This document shows positions 50,442-64,000 of a stretch of 64,000 nucleotides of DNA, one piece after another. Every line of letters begins with the position of its first letter. Position 1 is the stretch's first letter. This DNA is from Paraspadella gotoi. Lineage: Eukaryota; Animalia; Chaetognatha. Where the stretch lies: the NCBI GenBank assembly GCA_051294375.1, contig CM119268.1:13275770-13339769 (forward strand), read 5' to 3'. The position numbers and the translations under genes were made by a program. The notes under the pieces were generated by a model that was not told where the DNA came from, ran no database searches, and was given only the letters and a program-made list of their open reading frames with translations.

Positions 50442-51966
50442 GTAAGGGAATGGAGGGACGGGGAAAGGAAGTGAAAGAGGGAAAGAAAAAAAGGAGGTCG
50501 AGTATAAAAGAAATCGGCCATCTTTTTCGAAAGTGCTCCAATGGAAGTTTAAATTTAGAATTAAGGTTATTTTTCGGTTTAAATATTAAGTTAGGGCTTA
50601 GCTTTCAGATAAAAATTAGAAATTAGAAGAGATTAGGGTTAAATTCTATTAATTTCTATTCAGTTCAGGGATTAGGAACACAAATTGGGCGTTTTCGGAA
50701 CATAGTGTCCGAGGAGATGAAGAAAGGCAGTTTAAATTTAAGTAGAAATGTTTCGTCTGCGTCAAAAACCTAATATCTTACGAAAATAAAAATAAAAACA
50801 AGTCTTACTCAGTCTTCCTAATCCTTCTTCGTTATTTGTTTTCTTGTCGCTGTTTAAAATTTCATTTTCAATTCAATGTCATCTCTATCCAATTATAATT
50901 TTCGAATAATTACTCTCTGCGTCTTTGCTTTTTTTTTCCCCGACAATTATTTCTTTATTTTCCCTCGTTAATTCCCAACACACCTCGCCAATGTTTATTT
51001 CTTTTTCGAGTTTTACTCTTTTTTTTTTCTCTTTCTCATTTTTTCCTACTTTTGTCTTTTATTTCTTGTTTTTTTGAAATCTTTTTTCGTACTTTTGTCT
51101 TCTTTTTTTTCAAATTTGCTTCCCACGATTTCTTTTTTATTTTGAGGACTTTTTGTGAAAGAAAACTTTAATCAGTCTCTTCAAAGGAGCGTAAAAAACT
51201 TTTGCTTTCGAAACGAGATTGAAAAAAGTACAATAAAGTTCCTTGTTATATCTTTTTATTTTTTTTATCCAATTTCCTTTTAATTATTTATTTCATTACA
51301 AAAAAAAAAGAAATAAAAAGTTTTCGTGTCTTCATTTTTTTCTCAAATTCTTTCTTTTCCATTTTATTTTAAAAAAGAAAGAAGACGTAAAAATAAAATC
51401 GTGAGACAGAGAAGGGGGCGCGGGGCGAGACAGCCCCGCTTAAATAAAGGCTTTTCGTGGAACAGTTGGTCTTAGTTTTCCCGTTCGGTTTATATACACA
51501 TACAAGAATTGATAATGAAAAGGATAAAAGTCTAAAGAAGTTTCTCGACATAAATCGGCTTTCGTTTCAAGTCTTCTACAATTTGTCTTACTTTTACTCG
51601 CCCCTCCCTCTTAACTTTTACTGTTCTAGACTGGGCGAGCTCAAAATGAGTAGCGCGCCAAAAATCAAAATAGAAAACAAAAACAAAAGTCAATTCCCTC
51701 AAATTCGCGCCCTTTTTTCGCCCCCCAAAAATGGCGCCATCATCTACGCTTTCATCTTAACCGTCACTCGATCTCGTTAAAGTAAAAACCAAAACTGCTT
51801 TTTTTCTGTGAGTGAATAGGGAGGAGGGGGGAAGGGTTTTTGTGAAGTTCACACTCGTGACGTGGCCACGTTCTTTCTATACGCTTTAGCACCTAATATT
51901 AATTAAAAGTCTGGGGCGTGAAAGAAAAACCTTTCTTCGCTTTCGAGTGTGTCAACGACATTCACG

Positions 51967-52005
<39 letters not shown>

Positions 52006-52407
52006 TCTTCACATCTCTCGTCTTTCTCTCTTCTTTGAGGAAATGAAATTCCTTTCAATTTTTTTTATCAGAATTTTTGATTTTTTCCCCTTTCTTGGCT
52101 TCGTCATCACGAGTGCAAATTTTTAAAATAGAAAATTATAAATTCATAAATTATATGCATAACAACGAGACGTTTTAATTATTGAACCACAATGACAAAC
52201 AAGGAAAAAGAATTTTACCACTATAAGTCACAATAAATTTCTATAAAAAAACCTCATAGAAACTTTTTTAATTTAAAAGTGTTTTTTTACCTTGTTTAAC
52301 AAGTTTCTATCGAACGTAGGTGGCCGCTGAAAGATTGGTTTCACAGCCCTGATCCCGTCTTCGTCAATTGGTATACTTGAACCAGGAGTTAATGGCCGCA
52401 CAAATCC

Positions 52408-52453
52408 TCTCCTCTCTCTCTCTCTCCTCTCTCTCTCTCCTCTCTCTCCTCCT

Positions 52454-52485
<32 letters not shown>

Positions 52486-52525
52486 CTCTCTCCTCTTCTC
52501 TCCTTCTCTCTCTCTCTTCTCCTCT
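52408..52525. repeat. (CT)n microsatellite, imperfect
   Basis: Seen directly. Confidence 0.9.
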
Positions 52526-53895
52526 CGTCCACACATATGGTGTCAATAAAAATTCAACGTCAGATGCGGATGAAAAATCATTTCTTTTTTTCTTTTTTTT
52601 TTTTTGAAATTTGATTTCTTTTTTTTTTTAAATTCGAAATCGTGAGGAAATTAATCTTTTTCTTTGTTTTCTCTCTTTCTTTTTCTTTTTTCTTTTTTCT
52701 ACTCCAAATATATTTTCCAACGTTTTTTATTCGTTTTCATTTATCTAAAAGCTATGGGTGGTCGCGGCTCGAATGAAGTAAAGAAGTAAGTCGACCCCGA
52801 CTAAGAAGGAGAAGAAGAAGACGGAAGAAGAAATAAAAGGAGGAAAAGCAAAGAAAAAGCAGAAGAGCGAGAAACGAAAGGGTTTGAGGACGAGATATAG
52901 TATCTCCAGAAAAAATATGTTTTATCGGTCGTAATTTCCCCCGCGACGTTTCTTGACGTTTCGAGGGGCGGATCGTAAAAAAGTTTTTTTTTTTTTTTCC
53001 GTCACGCGGGGACGTCCAAAGAGATGAGAAGAAAAGACCGATTCATCGCCTAAGAATATTAAAATTATTACGCGCTCGGACCAAGCTGAGAAAATAATTA
53101 AAATTTATATTCATATGTTTCCTTTCAAATTCGGAAAGTTTATGTTTTTTTTCTTTTTTTAGGAAGAAGAAAAACGGGGGGGGGATTTCATAACTACTCA
53201 TAACATTTGCGCATTCGTTTTTAAATTCTCCAAACATTAATTAATTTACGAATTCGCCACCAGCCCTTCATTTCAAACCGCTCCTTTCACTCGATATCCC
53301 AGCAGATCCCGACTCTATAATCCCTTGGTCCGGATTTCGGGGGGTCCCGGTACCCCGGCCTATATCATTAGTCAAACATCTGAATTATTGATTTATTATG
53401 TTATTTGTATTTTTCTTTTCTGTTCGTTCTGTGATTTTTTTAGAACACAAAGTTTTTGGGAAATTAAAAGCGGTCTTGTTATATCTTCTTGTTCAAAAAA
53501 CTTTGATATTCATTATGTAAAAAAAAATGATATTGCAATCAAAATTTATTTATCTATAGAATTAATATTATTCAATAAAATAAATTTATTTAAAATCTAT
53601 TAAATCAATATTCAATCAATAAATGAAATAAATCAATACTATCAAGGGGTCAATCGTCTATTCTGAAAACTTATGTTTCGTCCCCGCTATCGCGCGTCGT
53701 TGCTTTTTTCATGGTCAAGTGGAACCCGAAAAAAAAACCAAAAAACAAACATTGTCTCCAAGATCAAATTAATTAATCAATTAATTGCCTAATTGAAATA
53801 AATAACTACCGCCAATGATCGCGGGGGCAGAATCCGAACATATGTTTGCTCGAAACTTTGCTCCAAAGATGAAACCTCCAAAGAAAGTGAGAGTT

Positions 53896-54140
53896 NNNNN
53901 NNNNNNNNNNNNNNNNNNNNNNNNNNNNNNNNNNNNNNNNNNNNNNNNNNNNNNNNNNNNNNNNNNNNNNNNNNNNNNNNNNNNNNNNNNNNNNNNNNNN
54001 NNNNNNNNNNNNNNNNNNNNNNNNNNNNNNNNNNNNNNNNNNNNNNNNNNNNNNNNNNNNNNNNNNNNNNNNNNNNNNNNNNNNNNNNNNNNNNNNNNNN
54101 NNNNNNNNNNNNNNNNNNNNNNNNNNNNNNNNNNNNNNNN
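53896..54140. other. 245-N assembly gap
   Basis: Counted directly. Confidence 0.98.
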
Positions 54141-55009
54141 TATTAAAAATAAAGATCATGTAACTTCGTGAGGACGACGCTAGGCTCACCTAAAACTTAG
54201 TCGAGCTTCATCTCGAAAAAAATTCGAATGTAATCGAAGAAACTTTTTCGTCTTCGTGAATGCGATGAGATGAAAAACAAAAATCAGGGATAAGTAGGTC
54301 AAGACATTCTCGATGGGAGAACGGGGCAAGAAGGAGCGAGTTGGCTTGCAGGGGGGAGGGAGAGGTTATCTGGCTTAGGAGGAGCGAAGTTTATATGAGG
54401 GTAACTGCTGTGAATTGACAAGAAGACAATCATCGCTATTGTTCTAGGATGGTGCAGGGAGAATTTCGGTGATCCTGGGTGAAAAATGAATTTATTGTTG
54501 CGGAAGAAAACAAAGAAGATTAAAAATATATAGGTGTTTAAAAAACGAGGACTTATACGAATGCAAATTATTAAGAGAGATTGCGGTCAAGTGGATGTAC
54601 TAGATGTCGGTTGAAGAATTTCGAAAAGTCACTGTGGGTTTGAGACTGGATACTGTCTTCTTTATTCATAGTGAACCGGATTTCGTGATAAAGATTTTCT
54701 GTTTGCGGTTAAGCGACCCAGATTTCTTTTTTGGGGGAGCGGTGATCTTTCTCTCTTTTTTTTTGTGAGGTTTAGCGAAAAAAAAGCGGTAACCTTTGTG
54801 ATCGGCGTGATTCGAGTTTTTCTCGATCCTCACCCGAACCGCACTCGACGGTTGGGTGTGAATCGAGTCACGCAAACATCGTGACAGACGCCACAAGAAA
54901 CAATAAAAACCCTAAAGAGTCATTCTGAACTTAGACAAGAAAAAAACGAAAAAACAAATACGGACGAAGAGAGAGAGAGAGAGAAGGAGAAAGAGGAGAG
55001 GAGAGAGAC

Positions 55010-55049
<40 letters not shown>

Positions 55050-55591
55050 GAGGAGAGAGAGAGAGAGAGAGCGATCATTTTATTGGCTTAGCGTAAGCAT
55101 AGTTGCCAAAACTGTTTATCTCTCAAGTTTATCAAAAGTCTAACGATTTATCACTCGTGAATGAGATACCAAAGCGGCTTGAAAACTTTTTTAATTTACA
55201 TATAGTAATTATATTTTTTTAAACTAAAGATCTAAAAAAACTCGAATTTTGTTTGATAAGTGAGAGAGAGTGATAATTGAGAGATAGAGAGAGAGACAGA
55301 AAGAATGTCGTTTGACAAATTTAATTTCATTTTACTTCATTAATATGAGTTCGTCTTGAACGCGTTTTATATTGAGCAAAAAATTTAAAAAAAAACATAA
55401 TGTCTCTCATTAGAAATTCTGGATCCCGCAGAAAAAATATATAAATTAAATTAAGGCAGAATTTTTTTACAACCGATCGGCTGAAATCGATCGGCTCATC
55501 GAACGTTTGTGTCACAATTATTTTACTATCGTTATAATTTATCGTTAGTAGTCTTTGGATTAATTGCCAGTCCGTACTGTGAAGTAGTATT

Positions 55592-55596
<5 letters not shown>

Positions 55597-55665
<69 letters not shown>
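55597..55665. repeat. (GA)n microsatellite
   Basis: Seen directly. Confidence 0.93.
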
Positions 55666-55666
<1 letters not shown>

Positions 55667-56500
55667 ACAATGACTTTCGTCGATTAATGAAATTAGAAAA
55701 GAAGAATAGGAAAAAAAAATTGACGCGTTGTCCTTTTGTTTTCGATGTCTCTTTTTTTATCGGGTCATCGACTGGGCGTGACGCTCGATTTAATCCGCCG
55801 AAAAATAACGGACGAGTTTCGGTGGGAAAAAAATCTTTACATTCCTGCGATCATTGAATGGATGAGTAGCCAAGTAAAAAGTGTCTCTCTTAGCTTGTGA
55901 AGGATAGTGAACGAGTTTCAATGACTTTTAACTAAACTAATTGGATGAAAAGTATTTCGGGTTTTTTGAATTCCGCATTTGAATAATCATTTGTAATACT
56001 TTTAATGTTTTACTTTCTTAACAGTGACCATTTCTTTCGCAATGTCCCTGTGACCAATTTGATATTCGTTGTTCCTCCGAGGTGTAGGAGATTAGTGCGG
56101 ATTAAATGGCAAATAACATTGACTATTGAGGACCCATATAGGACCAGGAACCTGTCTCGGGTCTTGCCAATGGTCCCGTTGACGGGTCTTATTGTATGAA
56201 GACAACAATGAAAACTATAAAAAAATACATTTAGAGGTTATATTAAGAAAGCCATAGGGAAGTAAAATCGATAGGAAGTTTATCGTTAAAAGTTGAAACG
56301 GTGAGACAATTTTTACAGTTAAATGGTGAAGCGTGAAAACCCAACAGGAAAAGTAAGAGCAATTTCAAAGACCACATGTTAGCCAAGATAATGTAGGAGG
56401 AAATGAGTAATCTTAATCTCATACAGGTTTCATGCTATTTGGGATTCTTTGTTTCAACTTTCAACATCAAGATTCTTTTTTTCTAACCTTTCATTCTTTA

Positions 56501-56502
56501 TT

Positions 56503-56594
<92 letters not shown>

Positions 56595-56596
56595 TC
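56501..56596. repeat. (CTTT)n microsatellite
   Basis: Pure tetranucleotide run. Confidence 0.95.
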
Positions 56597-56728
56597 CTTC
56601 CTGTTTTCTCTTTTTTCTTTCTCTTTTTTCAACTTTCTTTATCAGGTGCTCAGGGGTACAAGTGAGCTTTCGAATTCGTGTTGAAGCTGAAAATCAACTC
56701 GAGAAAAAAAAAGTTTTCGGGGGAGAAA

Positions 56729-56760
<32 letters not shown>

Positions 56761-57221
56761 GCATCCCTTGTAAAAACAAGTAATTCCTCACCTCTTTCTC
56801 GCTTCGTGTTTTGCCAAAATTTCTTCTCATTCTCCCTTCACTATTACTCTTTTCTCACCCGTGGCGATGAACGACGACCCCGGTTCGTCTTTTACTNNNN
56901 NNNNNNNNNNNNNNNNNNNNNATCTTGAGTCCGACTCAGATTATAATTTGAGTCTTTTTATTTCCGAATTTTAAGTCTCACCCATTTTTCGCCGCAGGAA
57001 TTTCAAATAGCTGGCGTTGGAGTCGTGTCTCGTGTCCTTTTCCTCGTGTACTTCATTTTGCTCTCTTGCTACTCCGTCCCTCTTGTGCAATCACTGACGA
57101 TGAGCGGGATGATTTGGTGGGTAAATAGAAGTGGGTATGGTAGGGGTTTGGCGGGGGAAACTCGATAGAATTTGAACGAAAAATCACATTGCGGGCAGAA
57201 TGATGGCCGCCTTATTTAGTG

Positions 57222-60200
57222 CGTTTGAAAATTTTAAGCGTCATGTCGTCAACAAAGTCTGAGGCAGATTTGATTCGTGAATGATTTTTAGAGAGAAAGG
57301 AAGACAGAATGACCCCGAGACGAACTCGGAGAGAGGAAGACAAGGGGGACTGAATCCGAAAGAGAGCCAAGAAGGAAAAGAGAAAGGAAGGAGAAAAGGG
57401 ACGAGGGCAATGAGAGAGAGGCGAAACAAAAAAAGAGAAAGAGAAGAGCAAAGAGATACGTATCATAAAGATGACATACAATACACATCAATTTACAGAA
57501 AGGACGCCCAGAGAAGCCACCCCCAAAATAGGGCAATTCAAGTAAGCCAAAGAAAAGATGAGAGACAGAAAGGATAACAGCCAAAAAAGAGAGACAGAGA
57601 AGGCTGAAGTAGGAAGGAGAAGCACAAACAAGATAAATTGTGTAAAACTAGAAAAACAAAACAAGAATCAATATAGGGCAAACATTCATCATTTGAGCGT
57701 ACTATACACCCAGAGGCGTATAAATCAATGACCTCAAATATAAATTACTGTAGAGACAAGTCAGTTATAAATAAAAGCCAAATTGAAGAATTTTACAGTC
57801 AAAATTTTTAAGACGGCCAAAATTCCGGGCACATATTTCAGGAGCCTAATAAGACATATATCTGACGGCCTTCACGTTCGAAATTTAACCCGAGTGCTAA
57901 AGCGAACAGTAATGGGAAAACAATTATTCCTGGCGGCGAAAAAATGATGCGCCAAATTTCTTAACTATTGGCTTTCTATTGAGGTTCTAAATAGACCGAT
58001 CAGTTGACCCCTACGGCGCGGCCCCTACACCAATCACTCACTGCATGACTGCGTCCCTCCTTCACACTCATCTCTTCTTTCTCCTATAACCACTTTCTTT
58101 AGCAAATAAAATCGAGTCGGGGGGAAAAGCACTAAAATACGAGATCTTCGCTCCCCGCTAGAGATAATCACTGTTGACGAATAAAAAAAAAAAAAAGTAG
58201 TAGAACGCTCTCGTCTCTCTATAGACCACATGTGCGAAGAAAAACAAAATGGGCCTCTAGGGAGAAGAAATTTTTGTAAGGTTTTTAACAACGTAATTAT
58301 TAATTATTAAAAAGCTAGTTCTTACTCAGAGGGATGATTCCGAAAATTTATTCGAATCAGATATTCCGAGTTAGGATATATCAAACTAGAATCCCTAAAA
58401 GAAAAAATTTTCGGTTAAACGGCATGTACTGTTTTTTTTCCTAGTTACTAAGCTTATTCTTATTAAATACATTCCAAGACAAAGAAATAAATGACTTAGA
58501 ACTTCCTCAAATAGAGAGGCGTTCTTCAATAACTGGTCCCGAAAAGTGTTCCCCGTCCTTCATCGAAAGCGAAAAACTCAGGATCGCGGATCGAGATAAG
58601 CATAAATTAAGGCAGGAACGAGATTCCAAAGGTAAAGTCGTCGTCGTATCGTCGTCGTCTTCGTCGTCGTCGCCATCCATCGCTTCGTCGTTCATCGTCG
58701 TCGGCGTCCTTTTCGAGTGAGGTCGTGCGTTTGTCGTCCTTGCCTAATCGTCGTCATCTTCGCGTCGGTCGTAAAAAGTAAATTTTGCGAATACGAATAA
58801 TCGAAATCCCGGATTTTTTTTGTTCAAAAAAACTAGAATGAAAAAGAATTAAGCACGTAGTTAAAATAAGCTGAGAAGGTAGCGTAGTTGTCGTCGGTGC
58901 GTCGTCGTCGTCAGTTTCCTCGAGAACAGACAGGTGGAGAACCGCAAGAGCGATCGCAATTAAATATGCTTGTCATGTCAAAGTTGAAAATAGTTGTTTG
59001 TCAAACGATTTTTGGTTAAATTCTTTAATATCTTTTCTCCTCTGTCTCCGATCTTGATCCACAACTTTTGCCTCCCGTGAAATGTTTGTAATTGTTTACT
59101 GCCGCCTGATAAACAGAGAGATAATCGATCGTAATGAGATAGCTCTACCGCGACTTACAAGGTTGGGTCCGGTGTGTGTATCCAATACAGTCTCTCTGCT
59201 CATATCTTCTCTGATCCTCCTGCGTCATACTTGCTCTATTACTCTCTCTCTCTTCTATACATGACCTTTGCATAGCTGCGGGAATAGAGAGAGGATACAC
59301 TTCCCATGCTCTCTACTGACTACTCTCCTGATCTTCTCCCTAGGCTCGCAGATCTCTGCTCGCACTAGTTCCTCGCCCCATGCCGCGGAGTCCTCCTTCT
59401 CTACTTTCTAGTCTGTCTCGTCTCGGCATACAACACATCCAAACATTTTTTCAACGAATATTGAAGGTTTCAGTAAACATTCGGGCGGGCATCTGATTGA
59501 CCTTCCAGTGTTAAGCAGCGGTGTGTCGTTTACCAACGAATATTTTTATATATGAGTACCTCTCCTACCGTCCGACTGGGGGGTATGTAGTTTTCTTAGT
59601 TTATATGTCTGTAAACGACACCCTGGGGGCTCCTGAATGGCAAGCCTGCAAAGGTCAAAACAGATGCCCCCGCCGCCGGCCGCCCCCGCCCCCCCCGAAT
59701 TCTGATGTTTTACTCATCCTCCAGTCCAGGTCGACAAAATGAACTTGGTGTGTGTGTGAGAGACGAGACGGAGCGAGAGAGATGAAAGCGGAGAGAGGGA
59801 CGAGAGGAGGTTCTCACGTCCTCTCTCTCTCACACACACAAAGTTCGAGTATGTCGAGTATTTTTTTTCCTGGCCAAAGATGAAGAGGGGGAGAGGTGTA
59901 TTAAAGCGGAAAGTTTTTGTTGGTTGTAAACAAATCGGCGGAGCAAGGAGGGCGAGCGGGCAGGCAAGGCTGGGGCAGCACAGGAGGGCAGGGCGGGGGA
60001 GGGAAGGGCGCGGCATCGACTAGATTTGACCTTTGTGGTCCATGTAAAGCAGGTTGTCGTTTACCAACGAAATACTTTATTTGACCGACCTCTCTCTGTC
60101 TCTATCTCTCTCTTTCCCCTTGCCAGGCACGCAAGGAGCATTCTTGACGTCGGACTTAACCCCTTCAATTCTCCTTGCAGCGACACAAATTTTTCAGGGA

Positions 60201-62213
60201 TCAAAACAAAACTCGCACCTTATGCTAATGAGATTTAGAGAGATAAGGCAAAACCAGAAGGGGAAAGACGACGCCGAAAAACGTAATTTGCACTTAATAT
60301 ATAGAAGAAATTTTTTTTTCCTCTGGGCACAGAGACAGAGAGAGCAGAGAGAGACGAAGACGGCGGCACAGAGAGGAGAGAATGATAGAGATAGAGAGAC
60401 GAGAAGGATGACGAGAGTGAGACGAAGGTTGGCCCCCTTAGGTCACGTATCGTTAGCCCAAGCAAGGCCAAAATTAATTGGCCTTCTTTCCCAGATAACT
60501 TGTTCCCATTACTTTACACGTCTGGTAAAATTGTCGAACGAAGCTCACGTCATATATGTCTTTGTAGAACTCCTGAAAAATCAAGGTCTGTTGCCCGAAA
60601 TTCTTTTTTGGTCCGTCTTAAAAAATTTTTGACTTGTAAATATTCTTCAATTGCTTTTTATTTCTTTTGGTCTCCAAGTAATCTATTTGTCCATATTTAT
60701 TTCGCCTCTGTGGTAGATCAGAATTGCAATGATATATTTGTGTTTCTATATTGTTTTTTTTCAGTGTTTTACATATTTGTACACCTCTTCTTTTCTCATC
60801 TTACTTTCTATTCCTTATGTCTTCTCTTTCTTATCTTTCTTTTTTTCCATTCTTTCTTCTCTCCGGCTTGGATCATCGCTCCCGTCTTTCTCCATCGGGA
60901 TGTCCACTAGAAAAACGCGCCCACTGTGACGATTGAACAATCGCTTTAATTTTCAGCCAAAAATGAGTGAGGAAAAAGGAAATTAAGCAAACTTTGAAAG
61001 ACGAATAGAAACATAAGAGATAAAAAAGAAAGAAAGAGAAAGAAAAGAAAGAGACAAGAAAAAAAGAAGAAAAGAATAGAAAAAGAAAAAAAAAAAGAGA
61101 CAAGAAGAGAACGCCGAGCAAACCACACAACAAAAAAATTAATCCCACTTTCGATACAATAACATCGAAGCGGTGCTACGAAATCGAGAATAAACAGACA
61201 AATGAGATAAAGAATATCGAGAAAAGGAGATAAAGAAGAATAATAGTACGATACCAGACATATAAGGAAAAAGAAAAAGAGCGACAGCGAAGTCAGAACT
61301 GAGGACCGAAGACCCAAACCCCGAAAAACAAAAAAGAAAAGAAAGAAAGAAAGAAGGAAAGAAAGAAAGAAATAAACAAAAAGACTAGCCAGAAACATAG
61401 AAATTTACCATTAAGGGAAACATTGAAAATATACATTAAAAAAGTAGAAAGAGAAATATGAAGATGAGAAAAAAAGTGTTTGAAAAGAGATCGACTTCAT
61501 AAATGTTTAAAAACTTTGTAGAGCCCTGGGGAAAAAGGTGATGACGGGAGATTGAAATAAACAGAAAGAAGAAAGAAAAAGAAAAAAAGAAAAGAGAAGA
61601 AAAAAGAAAGAGAAGCAAAAGAAAAGAAAGAAAGAAAGAAAGAAAGCAAAAGAAAGGGTGTTAAGTAGAGAAAGAGCAACGGTGCTCGGTGTTCTTTCTT
61701 TCTTTATTTCTTTCTCTTTCAAAGTTTTATTTTCCTTTTTCCTCCTCATTTTTGCTGAAAATTAAGCGTCATCGTCACAGTGGGCGTTTTCTAGGTGAAG
61801 ACATCCCGCATGGAGAAGACGGGAGGATGATCCAAACCGAAAGAAAGAAAGAAGGAAAAAAAAGAAAGAAAGAAAGACATAAGGAAAAGAAAGAAAGATA
61901 AAAAGAGAGTGATAAAAAATGGTAAACATGAAAAAAAAATAAGAAAACAAATTATCATTGCAATTACTACCCAGAGGCGAAATAAATAATGACAAAAATT
62001 ACTTGAGACAAAAAATAAAAGCAATTGAAGAATTTTACAGTCAAAAATTTTTAAGACGGCCAAAAATTCGGGCACATATTTCAGGGAGCCTAAAAGACAT
62101 ATATGACGCCTTCGTTCGAATTTTACCGAGTGTAAAGTAATGGAAAACAATTATCTGGGAAAAAGGCCAATTAATTTGGCCTTTCTTGGCTAACGATAGT
62201 GACCTAGGGGCCA

Positions 62214-62285
<72 letters not shown>

Positions 62286-63585
62286 TCTCTGCCCCAGAGG
62301 AAAAAAAAATTCTTCTATATATTAATGCAAATTACGTTCTTTCGGCCGTCGTCTTCCTTCTGGTTTTGCCTATCTCTCTAAATCTCATTAGCATATGCGA
62401 GTTTTGATCCCTAAAAATTTGTGTCGCTGCAAGGAGATTGAAGGGGTTAAGTCGACGGTCAAGAATCTCTTGCGTGCCTGGCAAGGGGAAAGAGAGAGAT
62501 AGAGACAGAGAGAGTCGGTCAAATAAAGTATTCGTTGGTAAACGACACCTGCTAATGGAAGGTCAAATCAGATGCCGCCGATGTTTNNNNNNNNNNCAAC
62601 GGGACCACCTGTAAGTCGGCGGTAGAGCTTCTCATTACCGATCGATTATCTCTCGTTTATCAGCGGCAGAAAATACAAAATCGGGGCTCGATCGAGACAG
62701 AGAAAAATATTAAAGAATTCCAAAATCGTGACAACAACTATTTCAACTTTGACATCGCATATTTAATTCGCTCTTCGGTTCTCCACCTGTCTGTCTCGGG
62801 AAACGACGACGACGACGCCGACAACGACGACGACTACGTCATTCCACTTATTTAATCACGTGCTTAATTCTTTTCATTCTAGTTTTTTTGACAAAAAAAA
62901 ATCGTCGATTTGTTATTCCAAAAATTACTTTTTACGACGACGCCGAAGATGACGACGATGGCAAGGACGACAAAGACGACCTCACCGAAAAGGACGCCGA
63001 CGACGATGACGACGAAGACGATGACGACGACGACGAAGACGACGACGATGACGACGACGACTTTACCTTTGGAATCTCGTTCCTCCTTAATTTATGCTTA
63101 TCTCGATCGCGATCCTGAGTTTTCGCTTCGATGAAGGACGGGGAACATTTTTCGGGACCAGTTATTGAAGAACGCCTTCTATTAGAAGTTCTAATCATTT
63201 ATTTCTTTGTCTGGAATGATTAATTAAGAATAAGTTAGTCTAAAAAAAAAACAGTACATGCGTTTAACCGAAATTTTTTCTTTTAGGGATTCTAGTTTTG
63301 AAATCCTACTCGGAAATCTGATTCCGAATAATTTTCGAATCATCCCTCGAGTAAAATAGCTTTTAATAATTAATAATTACGTTGTAAAAACTACAAAAAT
63401 TCTTTCTCTTCCTCGCACCCATTGGCTTTGACGGCGTTCTACTACTTTTTTTTTTTTTTTATTCTCAAACATTGATTATCTCTAGCGGGTGACGAAGATA
63501 CTCGTTTTTAGTCGCTTTTCCCCCCCGACTCATTTTATTTCTAAAAGTGGTAGGAATGTTGAGGGAGCGCTCTCTGATGATTGTG
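57222..63585. repeat. Fold-back duplication: ~57222-58010 direct copy of ~61755-62212; ~58025-61125 inverted copy of ~61681-63585
   Basis: e.g. 57781-57850 vs 62024-62092 direct; ~58510-58640 vs ~63055-63180 and ~60070-60230 vs ~62385-62530 inverted; the left copies are very insertion-rich. Confidence 0.88.
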
Positions 63586-63744
63586 AGGCGGGACGTGCCA
63601 AATTTGGACATGAATCGTCAGTAATAACGACTAAAGACTAAGGAGTTATCTGTTTGCTGTTTTCATTTTTACGTTATTGTAATGCCATTTTGGGGGGTGG
63701 TTTCTGGGGCGTTTTTTGATTGAATGTGTATTTATGTCAATTTA

Positions 63745-63748
<4 letters not shown>

Positions 63749-63827
<79 letters not shown>
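63749..63827. repeat. (CT)n microsatellite
   Basis: Seen directly. Confidence 0.93.
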
Positions 63828-63830
<3 letters not shown>

Positions 63831-63949
63831 GTTAACTAATTTTCCCATTGGCGCCTCAATTCTGACCCATTTTTTTCTTCAATTTTCGAATTCCCCCCCC
63901 AAACCCCTCCCTACCCCCTTCTTCCACCCTCACCCCCCGCTTCCTTCAG

Positions 63950-64000
63950 GGACGCGCTGAGGGACGGAGTCAAAGGAGCAAAAAGCCCGGGAAACACGCC
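63950..64000 (+). CDS. Start of a probable coding exon running off the window (DALRDGVKGAKARETR)
   Basis: Long pyrimidine tract + TTCAG, abrupt switch to GC-rich purine sequence; only 51 nt visible. Confidence 0.4.

Noticed and set aside
62888-63178. Acidic + strand ORF, or a minus-strand exon at 63067-63178
   Set aside because: The ORF is mostly a (GAC)n repeat; the minus exon has a good donor but no partner exon, so neither is supported

Overview
AT-rich but CpG-rich eukaryotic (animal-like, taxon not identifiable here) genomic DNA, dense in (CT/AG)n, (CTTT)n and (CGA/CAT)n microsatellites, from a gapped draft assembly. No prokaryotic features, CRISPR arrays, rRNA or tRNA were seen. Most ORFs in the supplied track are microsatellite read-through. 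Supported content: (1) three phase-compatible + strand coding exons of a low-complexity protein at ~151-2026; (2) a + strand gene of about 28-30 exons (33363 to at least 50441), built by hand from splice sites and phases, encoding a roughly 1,900-aa largely disordered protein with no domain I recognise. It has a Cys/His pentapeptide repeat, poly-Q coiled coils, several LC8-type QT motifs, probable internal starts and alternative 3' exons. (3) A ~666-bp fold-back MITE with a 7-8 bp TSD, whose empty site is also in the window. Every 25-N gap abuts a duplication: inverted arms 8771-14818/14989-22031, a scrambled 22767-24492 block, a tandem 26376-32147/32173-37430, and a fold-back at 57222-63585. 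Indel-type noise makes gap-filling or chimeric-read artefacts the most likely cause, although the first pair could reflect a heterozygous inversion. I do not find firm evidence of a novel biological system; the best candidates are the orphan scaffold gene with splice-dependent motifs and the polymorphic MITE/inversion.
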